Positions 38,931-48,199 of a DNA stretch of 64,000 nt are shown in pieces. The stretch spans positions 1-64,000 of the IMG/VR virus record IMGVR_UViG_3300045988_161046, one strand, 5' to 3'. Both the position numbers and the translations under genes were made by a program. The notes beneath the pieces were generated by a model that was not told where the DNA came from, ran no database searches, and saw only the letters and a program-made list of their open reading frames with translations. How positions within the stretch are numbered: position 1 is the stretch's first letter; each line of letters starts with the position of its first letter. The DNA is from a virus.

Positions 38931-38937
38931 ATGAAAA

Positions 38938-38968
38938 CAGCCAGCTATCCATCACGGACGGCTGGCTG
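38938..38968 (+). terminator. hairpin CAGCCAGC/GCTGGCTG with conserved loop TATCCATCACGGACG
   Basis: It has an 8-bp stem and lies 8 nt after the stop of 38241..38930. No T-tract follows it. Confidence 0.5.
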
Positions 38969-39057
38969 CAAATGTTTCAGCTTTAACTACTTTAAACCAA
39001 TAACGTTTATAAAAATATAGAAATAAATATATATAAAATATAAAGAACGAAATATGA

Positions 39058-39615
39058 TTAATGCTCGTTTACTGCTGCCATCTTACGGCGAAGGAACTCC
39101 CTCTCCGTGATTGTCTGGCAGTCCTCGCTTATGCTCTCGTAAGGCACATCGGTATAGAAAAATCCATGATGCAGGAAGAGGATAGGCGTTGTATTGCCAA
39201 AGGAGAACGGAAGCTGCACCTCCTTGCCTTCCTTGCCCTTTGCCATCTTAGGTTTGAACTGCAAGATAGCGATAAGAGCAGTTTCATTTACGATAGGCAG
39301 TGCCATCATCTCCTTCTCCAGGTCACTATTTTCATTAGGAACAAAGAGCGAAGTGCTCTGCATTCCGTCCTTGGTAGGAGTCTGAATGTTCGTCCAGCCT
39401 TCCTTGCTGATCGTGTTTTTGAACTCTACCATCGCCACACCACCTGCAAAGCCTTCGGGCGATTCGTAGTAGGTATCGGCTCCCTGCTTCTCTGCCCAGG
39501 CTCTCGCCTTCTCGCTTGCTTCACTACACTCAGCAAAAAAAGCCTTCAGCTTCTTGCCTGTCTCACTCTCCTCTGCTATCTTCAGATAGTTGTGAGGTCT
39601 GTTTTCTTTTTCCAT
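39058..39615 (-). CDS. hypothetical protein (start trimmed to MEKENRPH)
   Basis: The first 19 codons of track ORF 39058..39672 (MQGSLKVKKQKGKKVKNGF) are simply the translated R2 GGTAAAAA array. Confidence 0.55.
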   Translation of the reverse strand: MEKENRPHNYLKIAEESETGKKLKAFFAECSEASEKARAWAEKQGADTYYESPEGFAGGVAMVEFKNTISKEGWTNIQTPTKDGMQSTSLFVPNENSDLEKEMMALPIVNETALIAILQFKPKMAKGKEGKEVQLPFSFGNTTPILFLHHGFFYTDVPYESISEDCQTITEREFLRRKMAAVNEH

Positions 39616-39656
39616 AAATCCGTTTTTTACTTTTTTACCTTTTTGCTTTTTTACCT

Positions 39657-39974
39657 TTAAACTGCCCTGCAATAGATGACCGGCTCGCCGCTCTCATCAT
39701 TCTGCATACGGAAGCCCTGATAGCTTAACTCCTGCAGATAAAGAGAAAGCGGGTCGCCCAGCGGACAGACTATCGCCTTGAAATATTCACGAAGTCGGGC
39801 ATCATTGAATACCTCGCAGCCATCTACCCAATGATCCAACGGCTTATACTGATTACTGAAGGCTTCTATCTTTGCCGGGATAACGAAATCCTGCAGCGTA
39901 ACTTCTGCCTGTTCATCATTATCCACGATGTCGTAACCGTACTGCACGTGTTTCTTACTTTTTCCATTCCCCAT
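39657..39974 (-). CDS. hypothetical protein
   Basis: Taken from the ORF track. Its stop is followed by an R2 array. Confidence 0.5.
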   Translation of the reverse strand: MGNGKSKKHVQYGYDIVDNDEQAEVTLQDFVIPAKIEAFSNQYKPLDHWVDGCEVFNDARLREYFKAIVCPLGDPLSLYLQELSYQGFRMQNDESGEPVIYCRAV

Positions 39975-40575
39975 GGTCGGTATATTTATTAATTGCTGTA
40001 AGTGCCAGAACTATCACGATAAGCAGAAAAAGGGCAAGGGCGTTCTTTCTGGCTTTCTGAATCCAGTTAGCCTTTTTTATCTCTGCTGTATTCTTTTTCT
40101 GCGTATCTGATAAGCTGTCGGTGGCCTCCCAGCGGGTGCCAACATCACTGCGGTTGCTGATAGCGAGGCTATCGATGGTTTTCTGCATCTGATTGATTTC
40201 CTGCTGCTGATTTTGCAATCGCTCATCATAAGATGACTGCTTATCATAACTGCCCTTGCGCTGGGTGGTGCGGTCGATAGTCTTCTGCTTGTTTCCGGAA
40301 AAATCGGTGGTCTCGGTGATATGCTCCTGGATAGTCTCTTCATATTCGCCCGTTTCCGTCGATGTAGAAGTAGTATGCTTATCCTCGCTCACCTTCACGG
40401 CTGCGCTATCGCCCACCGTTACCTGCTTACGTACGCTGTCCTGCTGAATAACCGATACGCTATCCTTCACTTCCTGGTGGTTATTGCTAACCGCCCGTCG
40501 AGAGGTAGCACATGCCGTAAACATCATCGTCACTACTGCAATCAAGAGTAGTTGAATAATCTCTTTCCTTTTCAT
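39955..40575 (-). CDS. lipoprotein
   Basis: It has a signal peptide and lipobox, MKRKEIIQLLLIAVVTMMFTAC. Confidence 0.65.
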   Translation of the reverse strand: MKRKEIIQLLLIAVVTMMFTACATSRRAVSNNHQEVKDSVSVIQQDSVRKQVTVGDSAAVKVSEDKHTTSTSTETGEYEETIQEHITETTDFSGNKQKTIDRTTQRKGSYDKQSSYDERLQNQQQEINQMQKTIDSLAISNRSDVGTRWEATDSLSDTQKKNTAEIKKANWIQKARKNALALFLLIVIVLALTAINKYTDHGEWKK

Positions 40576-40605
40576 ACGTTTTCATTTCTTTTAATGTTTC
40601 TGACG

Positions 40606-40613
40606 CAAAGGTA
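40606..40613 (-). promoter_or_regulatory. -7 box TACCTTTG (minus strand) upstream of the lipoprotein gene
   Basis: It matches TAnnTTTG about 31 nt upstream of the ATG at 40575. Confidence 0.45.
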
Positions 40614-40723
40614 AGAAAAAAAAGGGTTTATGGTTGGGACAAACAAATAAAGGTAAAAAAGTAAAAAGGTAAAAAAGTAAAAAAGCCTAGCGGGATAATG
40701 GCTTGCTTTTTACCTTTTTACCT

Positions 40724-42016
40724 TTAACTTCTGTAGAACACAGGAGCAAAAGAGCCTTTGCAATCGAAAAACTCCTTTGCCTTCTCCTCGATACCCAACT
40801 TTCGGATCATTTCAAAATCATCATCGCTACACTCCACGCAGAACCTTCCGTTCTTCATGCCAATGAAGGAAATGCGGGAAAGCAGTAATTTCTCAGCATC
40901 GCCTATAATGAGCTTGCAGAATGCCTTCCACTTGTCAGCGCCTTGCCCGCTCTCGGTTACAATCTTACTTTCCGTAAGCTGATGCACATGGGCGAATATA
41001 TCACCCTCTACCGGTTTTCCAGTTTGCTGTGTGCTGTTCTGCTTATACCGCTCATTCAGAGTGGCAGCAATATCAGTGTTCTTATCCTTAGATAGATGAT
41101 TCTCGCCAACCACCGTGCGCCGTACATGAAACCTGATAAACTCCGGATCACCTTTTCGCTTGCCCGATTTATAGATGATGTCTTCATCTTTCAGCTCATC
41201 AAATACGATGTCCGTCTGGGATAACTTCTCCATCCTCTGCAAATCCTTACATACCACATCGAGGACCTGCTTTCTGAACTGCGAGAACTTGGGGTATTTG
41301 TTCATAACCGGTTCGCCCAGCTCATTCAATAGAATCTCCTTCTTGTTGTTATCTAGTTCTACCAAACCGAGATAAGACTTCAGTTCCAGGAAAGGCACCG
41401 ATATATCCATGCTGCGGTTCAAACCTATCTGACGCAAGAGATAGATATATACGCGTGGAGTGTTCACGTTCTTGGCAAACTTTGCTATCATGGATATATG
41501 GTGAATATACCCCTGCCCCATATCGAATACACGCTTAGAAAGTTTCGGGTCAATCTCAAGCAGGATATATCCCAGTATGCGGTCCACCTTCTTTCCGTCC
41601 TTAGTCGTATATCCGTTCTTCGACAATGGTATACGCATTCGGCTGAATATATGCGTAAATTCCTCGCTACCATCGGGCAGTGTACTCTTCACCGCCATAT
41701 CAAGAATACTTGTCTTCAGCTCCGCTCTCAACTTCTGATAGCTCATATTCTCGTAAGTAATGAAATCGTGAATATCTATCTTGATAGGCGGGATATTCAT
41801 AACAGCATGGTCCACGCCTTGCTCAAACAGAAAATCAGAACGAGCGTCGCCCAACTGTCTTTTCTCCAGGAAGTACTCATCCACAAATTTTTGGAGGTGG
41901 GTACTCGTTAGCATCAACACGTTCTGCTGGAACAAAGTGTATTGCTTATCCAGTTTCGTGAGCGAAAAAGGAGTATTTATCCAGGCTAAACCCTTGTTTT
42001 CATTATCTTCATTCAT
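40724..42016 (-). CDS. plasmid-type replication initiator (iteron-binding Rep, Rep_3-like)
   Basis: It is a 430-aa ORF whose ATG lies 3 nt from four tandem 22-bp iterons. The N-terminal FSLTKLDKQYTLFQQNVLML resembles Rep_3 initiators. The family assignment is from memory. Confidence 0.6.
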   Translation of the reverse strand: MNEDNENKGLAWINTPFSLTKLDKQYTLFQQNVLMLTSTHLQKFVDEYFLEKRQLGDARSDFLFEQGVDHAVMNIPPIKIDIHDFITYENMSYQKLRAELKTSILDMAVKSTLPDGSEEFTHIFSRMRIPLSKNGYTTKDGKKVDRILGYILLEIDPKLSKRVFDMGQGYIHHISMIAKFAKNVNTPRVYIYLLRQIGLNRSMDISVPFLELKSYLGLVELDNNKKEILLNELGEPVMNKYPKFSQFRKQVLDVVCKDLQRMEKLSQTDIVFDELKDEDIIYKSGKRKGDPEFIRFHVRRTVVGENHLSKDKNTDIAATLNERYKQNSTQQTGKPVEGDIFAHVHQLTESKIVTESGQGADKWKAFCKLIIGDAEKLLLSRISFIGMKNGRFCVECSDDDFEMIRKLGIEEKAKEFFDCKGSFAPVFYRS

Positions 42017-42018
42017 AT

Positions 42019-42106
42019 AAAATCTGACTTTTCGTTTACCTAAATCTGACTTTTCGTTTACCTAAATCTGACCTTTCGTTTACCTAAATCTGACCTTTCG
42101 TTTACC
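42019..42106 (+). repeat. four tandem 22-bp iterons (TAAATCTGACYTTTCGTTTACC)
   Basis: Read directly. Copies 1-2 have T at the variable position and copies 3-4 have C. Confidence 0.95.
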
Positions 42107-42205
42107 TAGAACTTTGTAAGTACTTAAATATCAGCACGTTAAGATTTTCCTAATATATATAATATAGATAATCTTATAATTTTCTATTTAAAGACTCCGT
42201 TTTTA
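42107..42205. promoter_or_regulatory. AT-rich spacer (candidate DNA-unwinding element) of the iteron origin
   Basis: The tract ...aatatatataatatagataatcttataattttctatttaaag... lies between the direct and inverted iterons. Confidence 0.5.
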
Positions 42206-42227
42206 GGTAAACGAAAAGTCAGATTTA
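42206..42227 (-). repeat. iteron, inverted copy
   Basis: The sequence ggtaaacgaaaagtcagattta is the exact reverse complement of the iteron unit. Confidence 0.95.
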
Positions 42228-42313
42228 GATAGGTAAATTGATACCAAGAACTATACCCCCTCGGTACTATTTCGGTACCTCGTCGAGGTAAAAGACTTTA
42301 GTAAGATTTTACC

Positions 42314-42335
42314 TAAATCTGACTTTTCGTTTACC
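42314..42335 (+). repeat. iteron, sixth copy (direct)
   Basis: The sequence is taaatctgacttttcgtttacc. It lies just downstream of the parG-like stop. Confidence 0.95.
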
Positions 42336-42339
42336 TAGA

Positions 42340-42762
42340 TTATCCGTTCTTATGTCTATCCAGATACTCGATAACTGCCTGCAGAGCGATGTCCTTGATA
42401 GGCGTACCCGTCTCCATCTTCATCTGAAGAATCTGCATGTAATATTTCATCGGCACATAGATGGTGATACCGTTTTGCGTCTTCTTGCCAGCCTTTCTCA
42501 TAGGTGCAGAGTCGGGAGCAGAAAAAGGAGCGGCTGATGCAGGAGGAACCGGAGACTGCGAAGGTGCTTCAGCCTGGGGTGCAGGTTCCGGCTCTGCGGT
42601 ACCCTGCCCGTTCTGCTGTTTCTCCAATGCCTCGGCAGCCCGCTTCTGGCGAGCTTCCTCATTCGCCTCATAAATTTTCTCTATACCTTGGATAGCTGGA
42701 GAGTCTTCCAGTCCTTTAAACTTGTTTACACTATTATTCTTTGCTTGTCTTGCCATAATCAC
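42340..42762 (-). CDS. ribbon-helix-helix centromere-binding protein candidate (ParG-like)
   Basis: It lies directly downstream of parA. It has a disordered A/P/Q-rich N-terminal half. The C-terminal segment GITIYVPMKYYMQILQMKMETGTPIKDIALQAVIEYLDRH fits a beta-alpha-alpha RHH fold. Confidence 0.55.
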   Translation of the reverse strand: MIMARQAKNNSVNKFKGLEDSPAIQGIEKIYEANEEARQKRAAEALEKQQNGQGTAEPEPAPQAEAPSQSPVPPASAAPFSAPDSAPMRKAGKKTQNGITIYVPMKYYMQILQMKMETGTPIKDIALQAVIEYLDRHKNG

Positions 42763-42797
42763 TAAACATTAATCATTAATCACTAAAACACTAATCA

Positions 42798-43670
42798 CTA
42801 CTTCGGCATACTTGCCAATATCTCCTTCGTAAAGTTCTCATAGTCTTGCCCTACTCTACTGTAAGGCGAATAAGAAAATATATCCTGATTGATAGCCTGC
42901 GCTTCCACCATCTTCGTATCACGACGAGTATACGAGTCGAACATGTAGTCATCAAACTTATTGCCCAGATACTCCTTAAACTGCTTTGTGGCTCTCGTCT
43001 GATCATTACTCATTACCATAAACAGACCACGAATATCAATATCAGGGTTCAAGTCTTCTCGCGTTTCCTGTACCGCATTCAGAATTTCGGCAATACCTTT
43101 TGTTGCCAACATTTCAAGCTGGATAGGTATCACTACACCCGATGCAACCGATAGGGCATTATGCGTGAGAAGTGACAAAGCTGGTGGGCAGTCAATCAAT
43201 ACATAGTCGAAAGCCTCCAGGATAGAAGATACTCCCTCATTTATCAGTTCATCACCCCGAACTTCGGTCAAAGGCTTGCCGAATAACTTAAACAAAGCCT
43301 TGCGTGGTACCGGCATCTGATTGAGGAATGGTTCGATATTGATAAGGCGATAAGATGCTGGAGCAAGATAGATACCTTCCCTTACCTGGTAAACAGGCAA
43401 GCGGGATTGCTGTATCATCGCATCGTACATGGTAGGCTGCCCCATATTCTCTGCCTCACTCCATCCAAAGAGGAAGGAAAGGCTCGACTGCGGATCGAGG
43501 TCGATGAGCAAGATACGAGGCTTGCGCTCCTTGCCGTTTTCACCCTTGCCAAAGTAACCCTTGCCATAACGACGAAGACCAGTTGCTAAACTCTGTACGG
43601 TTGTTGTCTTACCAACTCCTCCCTTGTGATTTACGAAGGCGAGGATTTCTTTTAATCTTGTTTCTGCCAT
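42798..43670 (-). CDS. parA: ParA/Soj-family partition ATPase
   Basis: It has the deviant Walker A NHKGGVGKTTT and a Walker B-like DYVLIDCPP. Confidence 0.9.
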   Translation of the reverse strand: MAETRLKEILAFVNHKGGVGKTTTVQSLATGLRRYGKGYFGKGENGKERKPRILLIDLDPQSSLSFLFGWSEAENMGQPTMYDAMIQQSRLPVYQVREGIYLAPASYRLINIEPFLNQMPVPRKALFKLFGKPLTEVRGDELINEGVSSILEAFDYVLIDCPPALSLLTHNALSVASGVVIPIQLEMLATKGIAEILNAVQETREDLNPDIDIRGLFMVMSNDQTRATKQFKEYLGNKFDDYMFDSYTRRDTKMVEAQAINQDIFSYSPYSRVGQDYENFTKEILASMPK

Positions 43671-43759
43671 AATCTTAAAAGTATTAATTCTTTTATATAT
43701 ATTAATGTATTCATTTCTTTGTTGAAAGAAAGAAAGCTATATTTTTTTCTTTCAATAAA

Positions 43760-44100
43760 CACACTAACGCATCCACACATAAATACACATTTGTGCTTTT
43801 CTGCTTTTGTGGAAACATGCTTTTGTGTTTTAATGCCGCAAAGTTAAGATTTTAATTTTAAACCGCCAAATGTTTTTAATATTTTTAATGCTTTTATGTA
43901 TGGATTGATGTATTGAAAGGAATAAACTAACAAATCAATCAAGAAATAAACCAATGAACGAACAAAGAAACAAACAAATGAAGAAACAAAGAAAGAAATT
44001 AATCAATAAATACACAAACACATAAATACATAAACACATAAACGTGTGTTTATGTATGCTTTTATGTATTTGCGTTTTTATGCTTTTCTGTTTTTTACCT
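43760..44100. repeat. repeat-rich AT-rich region upstream of parA (candidate centromere/operator)
   Basis: There are multiple RTGCTTTTNTG boxes at about 43792, 43800, 43817, 43889, 44055 and 44079. Arrays of ACATAAA/TTTATGT heptads form an imperfect palindrome centred near 44043. A -7 box TAACTTTG (minus strand) lies at 43839-43846. Confidence 0.6.
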
Positions 44101-44253
44101 TCTCATTTATCTTCTCAAAAGGAAAGGAAAAAGAAAACGTACCAAAGTATCGAAGTACGATAGTACTAAAGTGCTTTGGTACGTTTTCTTTTTCAGTGTT
44201 GAATGTTGAGTGTTAAATGTTGAATTTGGCTAGCGCCCTTGAGCCTGGTGGGG

Positions 44254-44290
44254 GACCAGCGATAGAATCGCTGGGGACGGGGGCGATAGG
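44254..44290 (+). repeat. R1 hairpin element copy E5, bracketed by inverted R3 TGTTGAA tracts (44196-44232 and 44313-44343)
   Basis: The sequence is GACCAGCGATAGAATCGCTGGGGACGGGGGCGATAGG. Confidence 0.9.
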
Positions 44291-44342
44291 AAGAAACGCA
44301 ACCCCGATAGACTAATTCAACATTCAACACTCAACATTGAAA

Positions 44343-45335
44343 TCAAAACTCCACCACGCTCTGTTCTTCCTCCCACGCATCATTGAGTGATACCGAAATG
44401 GTGGAATGGTGATTATAGTAAGAGCCGCTTACTACCGTAACATGGTTGCGCTGCAAACTGATGTTCGATAGCTTAAACGAGGTGTAAGGCTCGGTGCTGC
44501 CCTTGCGGTTCATGGTGAAGGTGATGTCCGTAGTATAGCCATCCTTCGGCACCAGGAAATAGTAGAAGAGGGAAGAGGAGGTTTTGCCGGCATATCTCGT
44601 AACGTCAGCGATACGCAGGTTTGATACCTTGCCGGTGGCGGCAAAGGTCTGCCAGTCCCATTGTTTATATTCATCGAGCTGTAACTGCAGGGTACTGCAA
44701 TCTTCCGGATATGTTCCGGTGTTCTTTACCGTCAGTTTCGCTACGATACGTTCCAGTTGGATATTGATACTCTGGTTCTGACCGACGCTTATACTCACGT
44801 CCTGCACTGCGCCGAAGCTGTCAGAGTTCTTCGTGCTCGTAAGCACAGCAGGAAGGACACCATCGGCAGACACCGAAAAGGCAGTATTATCTGCCAGACT
44901 CCATAACGAGCCATCAGCAGAGAGTAGGGTAGGGGTTTCGCTTCTCGTAGCTATCACCTTCAGCGTATGATTGCCGTAATCGAGACTCAGGGATGGCTCT
45001 GCAAAATCCTCGGCATCGGCAGTCTGGTGCAACACCTGGAGCAGTTTGCCGCTTGCCTTGTCGTAATCGAAGATGTAGAGGTCGGTCATCGCCTTGCCGT
45101 TGGCAGCAAGCTCGGCACGCGTGATAGGGTAGGCGATCCGTCGGCACTGGCTCACGCTCACGTCACCGCCTTCTGGCGAAGTAAACCGCAGTCTTACCAT
45201 AGTCTTGCCCGTCATAGGCCGGCTGCCTCCGTTCTCTACTGCATCTTCCACATACTCGGTGCATGAGGTATTCATCATCATGCACGCTGCCATCATCGCA
45301 AAGGTGGTGGCAAACAAAAACTTCTTAGTTCTCAT
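44343..45335 (-). CDS. lipoprotein, beta-rich (fimbrillin-like fold is only a guess)
   Basis: It has a signal peptide and a Cys, MRTKKFLFATTFAMMAACMMMNTSC, followed by acidic residues. Confidence 0.6.
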   Translation of the reverse strand: MRTKKFLFATTFAMMAACMMMNTSCTEYVEDAVENGGSRPMTGKTMVRLRFTSPEGGDVSVSQCRRIAYPITRAELAANGKAMTDLYIFDYDKASGKLLQVLHQTADAEDFAEPSLSLDYGNHTLKVIATRSETPTLLSADGSLWSLADNTAFSVSADGVLPAVLTSTKNSDSFGAVQDVSISVGQNQSINIQLERIVAKLTVKNTGTYPEDCSTLQLQLDEYKQWDWQTFAATGKVSNLRIADVTRYAGKTSSSLFYYFLVPKDGYTTDITFTMNRKGSTEPYTSFKLSNISLQRNHVTVVSGSYYNHHSTISVSLNDAWEEEQSVVEF

Positions 45336-45440
45336 AAGCCAAAAATTTTAAAAGTTGTTATAGATATATTTTAAAGCTCTATTCCCTTTTGCATCGGCGA
45401 AACTCAGTGATATTTCGCCGATGCAATAACGTAGGGAAAA

Positions 45441-46271
45441 CTATTCCGTCAGGTTCGGGTACATATCGTATTTGCTGGCGGCTTCCTGCTGCCACTCGTA
45501 AGACTTACTTTTGTATGCTTCCTCCTGATACTCTTTATCCAGGAACTCGTTCCACTGCTTGTTAAATTCATCCTGCACGAATATCCTTATCATTCCGAGA
45601 TACTTCTTTTCTTTATCATAGATGATACGGTTTTCCTTTTTGCGGTCGTCAGCATTCGGAGAAGTTGATTTCCTGAAGAAAACTCCAAATTCAACCTTAG
45701 AACGAAACAGCTTGCGGTATTCTATCAGGAAAGGAACTAGGCGGTCTCTCAGCTTTTCTAATATCTCCTCTTCCTCATCCTCTAAACCACTAGCCGAAGA
45801 ACGTAGAATCTCATCTAAAGACATTACTACCACATTCCTGTCTGTCTCTACCGTCAGTTCACAATACCAACATTCATCTTCAGAATATCCGTCCTTATAA
45901 AAACAGTGGTTTACGAACACTTTTAAGGAACCAGTCATATTCGATTTATCTATATGAACATCATAATTTTCCAGATTAGGAATAAGTGATGAAATATATT
46001 TAGTATATCCAAAGATATAGCATAGATTTTCAAAAGGTATCGTTTCGCCACGATGGGCGATGACTGGGTTATCATCAAAGTCGTCCTTTGCACCTGCAGG
46101 GATATGCCAGTAGTCATCATCGCCGATATAATACGGCTCGTCTAATCTATCTGGAATATCTTTATCTTTCTTCCATGCTATACCAACACGCTCACTCAAT
46201 ATGCCATACTCATCAACGAAAATGGCATGATCATTATAAGGAATGGCTACTATTTCTTCATTATCTTTCAT
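45441..46271 (-). CDS. hypothetical acidic protein
   Basis: Taken from the ORF track. A 12-bp-stem hairpin (GCATCGGCGAAA...TTTCGCCGATGC, about 45393-45427) lies just 3' of it. Confidence 0.55.
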   Translation of the reverse strand: MKDNEEIVAIPYNDHAIFVDEYGILSERVGIAWKKDKDIPDRLDEPYYIGDDDYWHIPAGAKDDFDDNPVIAHRGETIPFENLCYIFGYTKYISSLIPNLENYDVHIDKSNMTGSLKVFVNHCFYKDGYSEDECWYCELTVETDRNVVVMSLDEILRSSASGLEDEEEEILEKLRDRLVPFLIEYRKLFRSKVEFGVFFRKSTSPNADDRKKENRIIYDKEKKYLGMIRIFVQDEFNKQWNEFLDKEYQEEAYKSKSYEWQQEAASKYDMYPNLTE

Positions 46272-46368
46272 GTTTCTTAGTTTTAAAATTGTTCTTTATA
46301 TATATCTAAGTAACGCAAGGGTTTCCGGAATTATTATATACCCTCACGTATTTTTTATTAAAATCTGC

Positions 46369-46463
46369 TCAAGCAGCACGCCCTGAAAAGGCAGCAGCTC
46401 CTAGCCCAGGGCAGCGCCCTGGGTAATCATAAGCGCGCCCCTTTCGCCCTGTAAGGGCAAAAG
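46369..46463 (+). repeat. REP-like element, copy A of an inverted pair (partner at 57904-57998)
   Basis: It contains the CCCAGGGCGCTGCCCTGGG palindrome and CAGGGCG boxes. It overlaps the last ~20 codons of 46401..48155. Confidence 0.85.
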
Positions 46464-48155
46464 CTTTTTCTCGTTTCCAGGTGGTGGCATAGGCTGCGCA
46501 GCCACACCCACCAGATGGTGGATTTTTCTTGCGTCTATGCCCTTATCTCGCCCAGAAGGTGTAGTTGTAGGCGACGATACAAGATAGCCGCATACAGACT
46601 TAAAATCTCTGGTGTACGATGGTGATGCAAGCAACTCGGCAATATTCATCTTTACGATAGCCGCAGGAACGGAAGCATAAGGGTGTTTTATTTCTTTCTC
46701 TTCTTCCTCCTTATCCTGTGCCAAATCTGCATGCTCCTTCGCCTTCAATGCATCCTTGAACATTTTATCCAGCTTCACGCCCTTGTAGGCGAAGAAAGCG
46801 CAGCCACGATAACTGTTAGCCTTATTCCGTCTATCATCAGGCATGAACTCCTTGCAGAAACCGGAAAGGGTGTAAACCTTGCCCTGATATACCACCTTGT
46901 TATTGTCTATCGTGATAACCCTCTGCCCACCATGGATAAAAGTAATGATGTCGCCAGGCTCGATACCGATTTTATCAAAAGCAAACTTGCGGCTATCATC
47001 TACAGACTTCTTTTTCTTCTCTGAAGATAATGCAGCTTTCTCTTCTGCCGCAGGAGCAGTGATTTCGCAGGTCTTCTGTAATAGCTTAACACCTTTGCCT
47101 GGTTCCCCCGCATCATATACGCCATCAGCCACCTTTTCGCCGATATATGAATCACCATCCTTGCGAGGGCAGAGCAGATAAACGTTTCCGTTCTCACTCT
47201 CAGCCATCTTCAGAGTCTTCTCATTGATACCCAGATAGAGAATATCCAACTGAGGGATAGAGAGAAGATGCTCTGTGCCGAAACTAAGGGCAAAGCTATG
47301 TTTCAATACTTCATCGGTGGCAAAGGTGGCTACGTTCTCGCCCATCTTTACCGTGATAACCTTCTCGCCCTTCTTTCCGGAAAGAGAAACATATTCCTCT
47401 CCAGATACAGAATAGATCATCTTGCGGATAGCATCCCAGCTGCCGCCGATACGGACGCAATATCCGTCGAAGATGTTGCCGAAGCAGGATGCCCAGTCTA
47501 CGAACCGACAAGGAGAAGGTTCATAAGAAGTCATGCCATCAAACTCTATTACGGTAGTCTCTTCACGATTATCCAGTTTCACGGCCGCCAGTTCGTACAC
47601 TTCACCCGGCTTCATCTTTGCGCACATCTTCTTCCAGGTCTTCGCATTGATGAGCATTTCGCGGGTATCCCCCGATTTCTGGGTGATGGTAACAGGCATA
47701 GCCAGCAGCTTATGGCTATCAGTAGCCACCAGGCGGTTTCTCTCTGCATCTATAAATATACTGATTATTGCCTCCATATCATGCTTTTTATAGACGAAAT
47801 CGCAAAGTTCTGCCATCTCCTTGGTAGCCTGAAAACATACGCAGCCACGTTCCTTCTCGTTCTCTTCCTGATAAGTAAACATGCGCGCATTCTTGCCAAT
47901 GCCGGCAAGACCCTCGAACTTAGTAACAAGACGGAAGATATACGCAGCAGCAAACTCGCAGCGGAAGCTGCCTACCTCTATCTGGAATGACTGATCTTTA
48001 TCTGCATCACCCCAATAAAAAATCTTACCCATGTTCTTTGCTATCTCGCTGGCACGGAAACAACCGTGGTCGTTTCTTACCATCTTCTGCCAAATCATTT
48101 CGGCTATCTCATACAGTTTGTTGAGGATAGCCATATTCAGTTCCTTATTTGTCAT
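46401..48155 (-). CDS. divergent beta-clamp-like protein with extra N- and C-terminal regions
   Basis: RLVATDSHKLLAMPV matches the DnaN ATDGHRL motif. The downstream segments CRFVDWASCF (compare FPDY..VIP) and NVYLLCPRK (compare y.lMP.r) occur in DnaN-like order. It has about 200 extra C-terminal residues. Confidence 0.5.
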   Translation of the reverse strand: MTNKELNMAILNKLYEIAEMIWQKMVRNDHGCFRASEIAKNMGKIFYWGDADKDQSFQIEVGSFRCEFAAAYIFRLVTKFEGLAGIGKNARMFTYQEENEKERGCVCFQATKEMAELCDFVYKKHDMEAIISIFIDAERNRLVATDSHKLLAMPVTITQKSGDTREMLINAKTWKKMCAKMKPGEVYELAAVKLDNREETTVIEFDGMTSYEPSPCRFVDWASCFGNIFDGYCVRIGGSWDAIRKMIYSVSGEEYVSLSGKKGEKVITVKMGENVATFATDEVLKHSFALSFGTEHLLSIPQLDILYLGINEKTLKMAESENGNVYLLCPRKDGDSYIGEKVADGVYDAGEPGKGVKLLQKTCEITAPAAEEKAALSSEKKKKSVDDSRKFAFDKIGIEPGDIITFIHGGQRVITIDNNKVVYQGKVYTLSGFCKEFMPDDRRNKANSYRGCAFFAYKGVKLDKMFKDALKAKEHADLAQDKEEEEKEIKHPYASVPAAIVKMNIAELLASPSYTRDFKSVCGYLVSSPTTTPSGRDKGIDARKIHHLVGVAAQPMPPPGNEKKLLPLQGERGALMITQGAALG

Positions 48156-48199
48156 AGTCTTATAATCTTTAAAAACGAAAGTATTAAAATTGATATATT

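Noticed and set aside
39616-39672. The N-terminal extension MQGSLKVKKQKGKKVKNGF of track ORF 39058..39672
   Set aside because: It is the literal translation of the GGTAAAAA repeat array that follows the upstream stop codon. The ATG at 39615 (MEKENRPH) is the plausible start.
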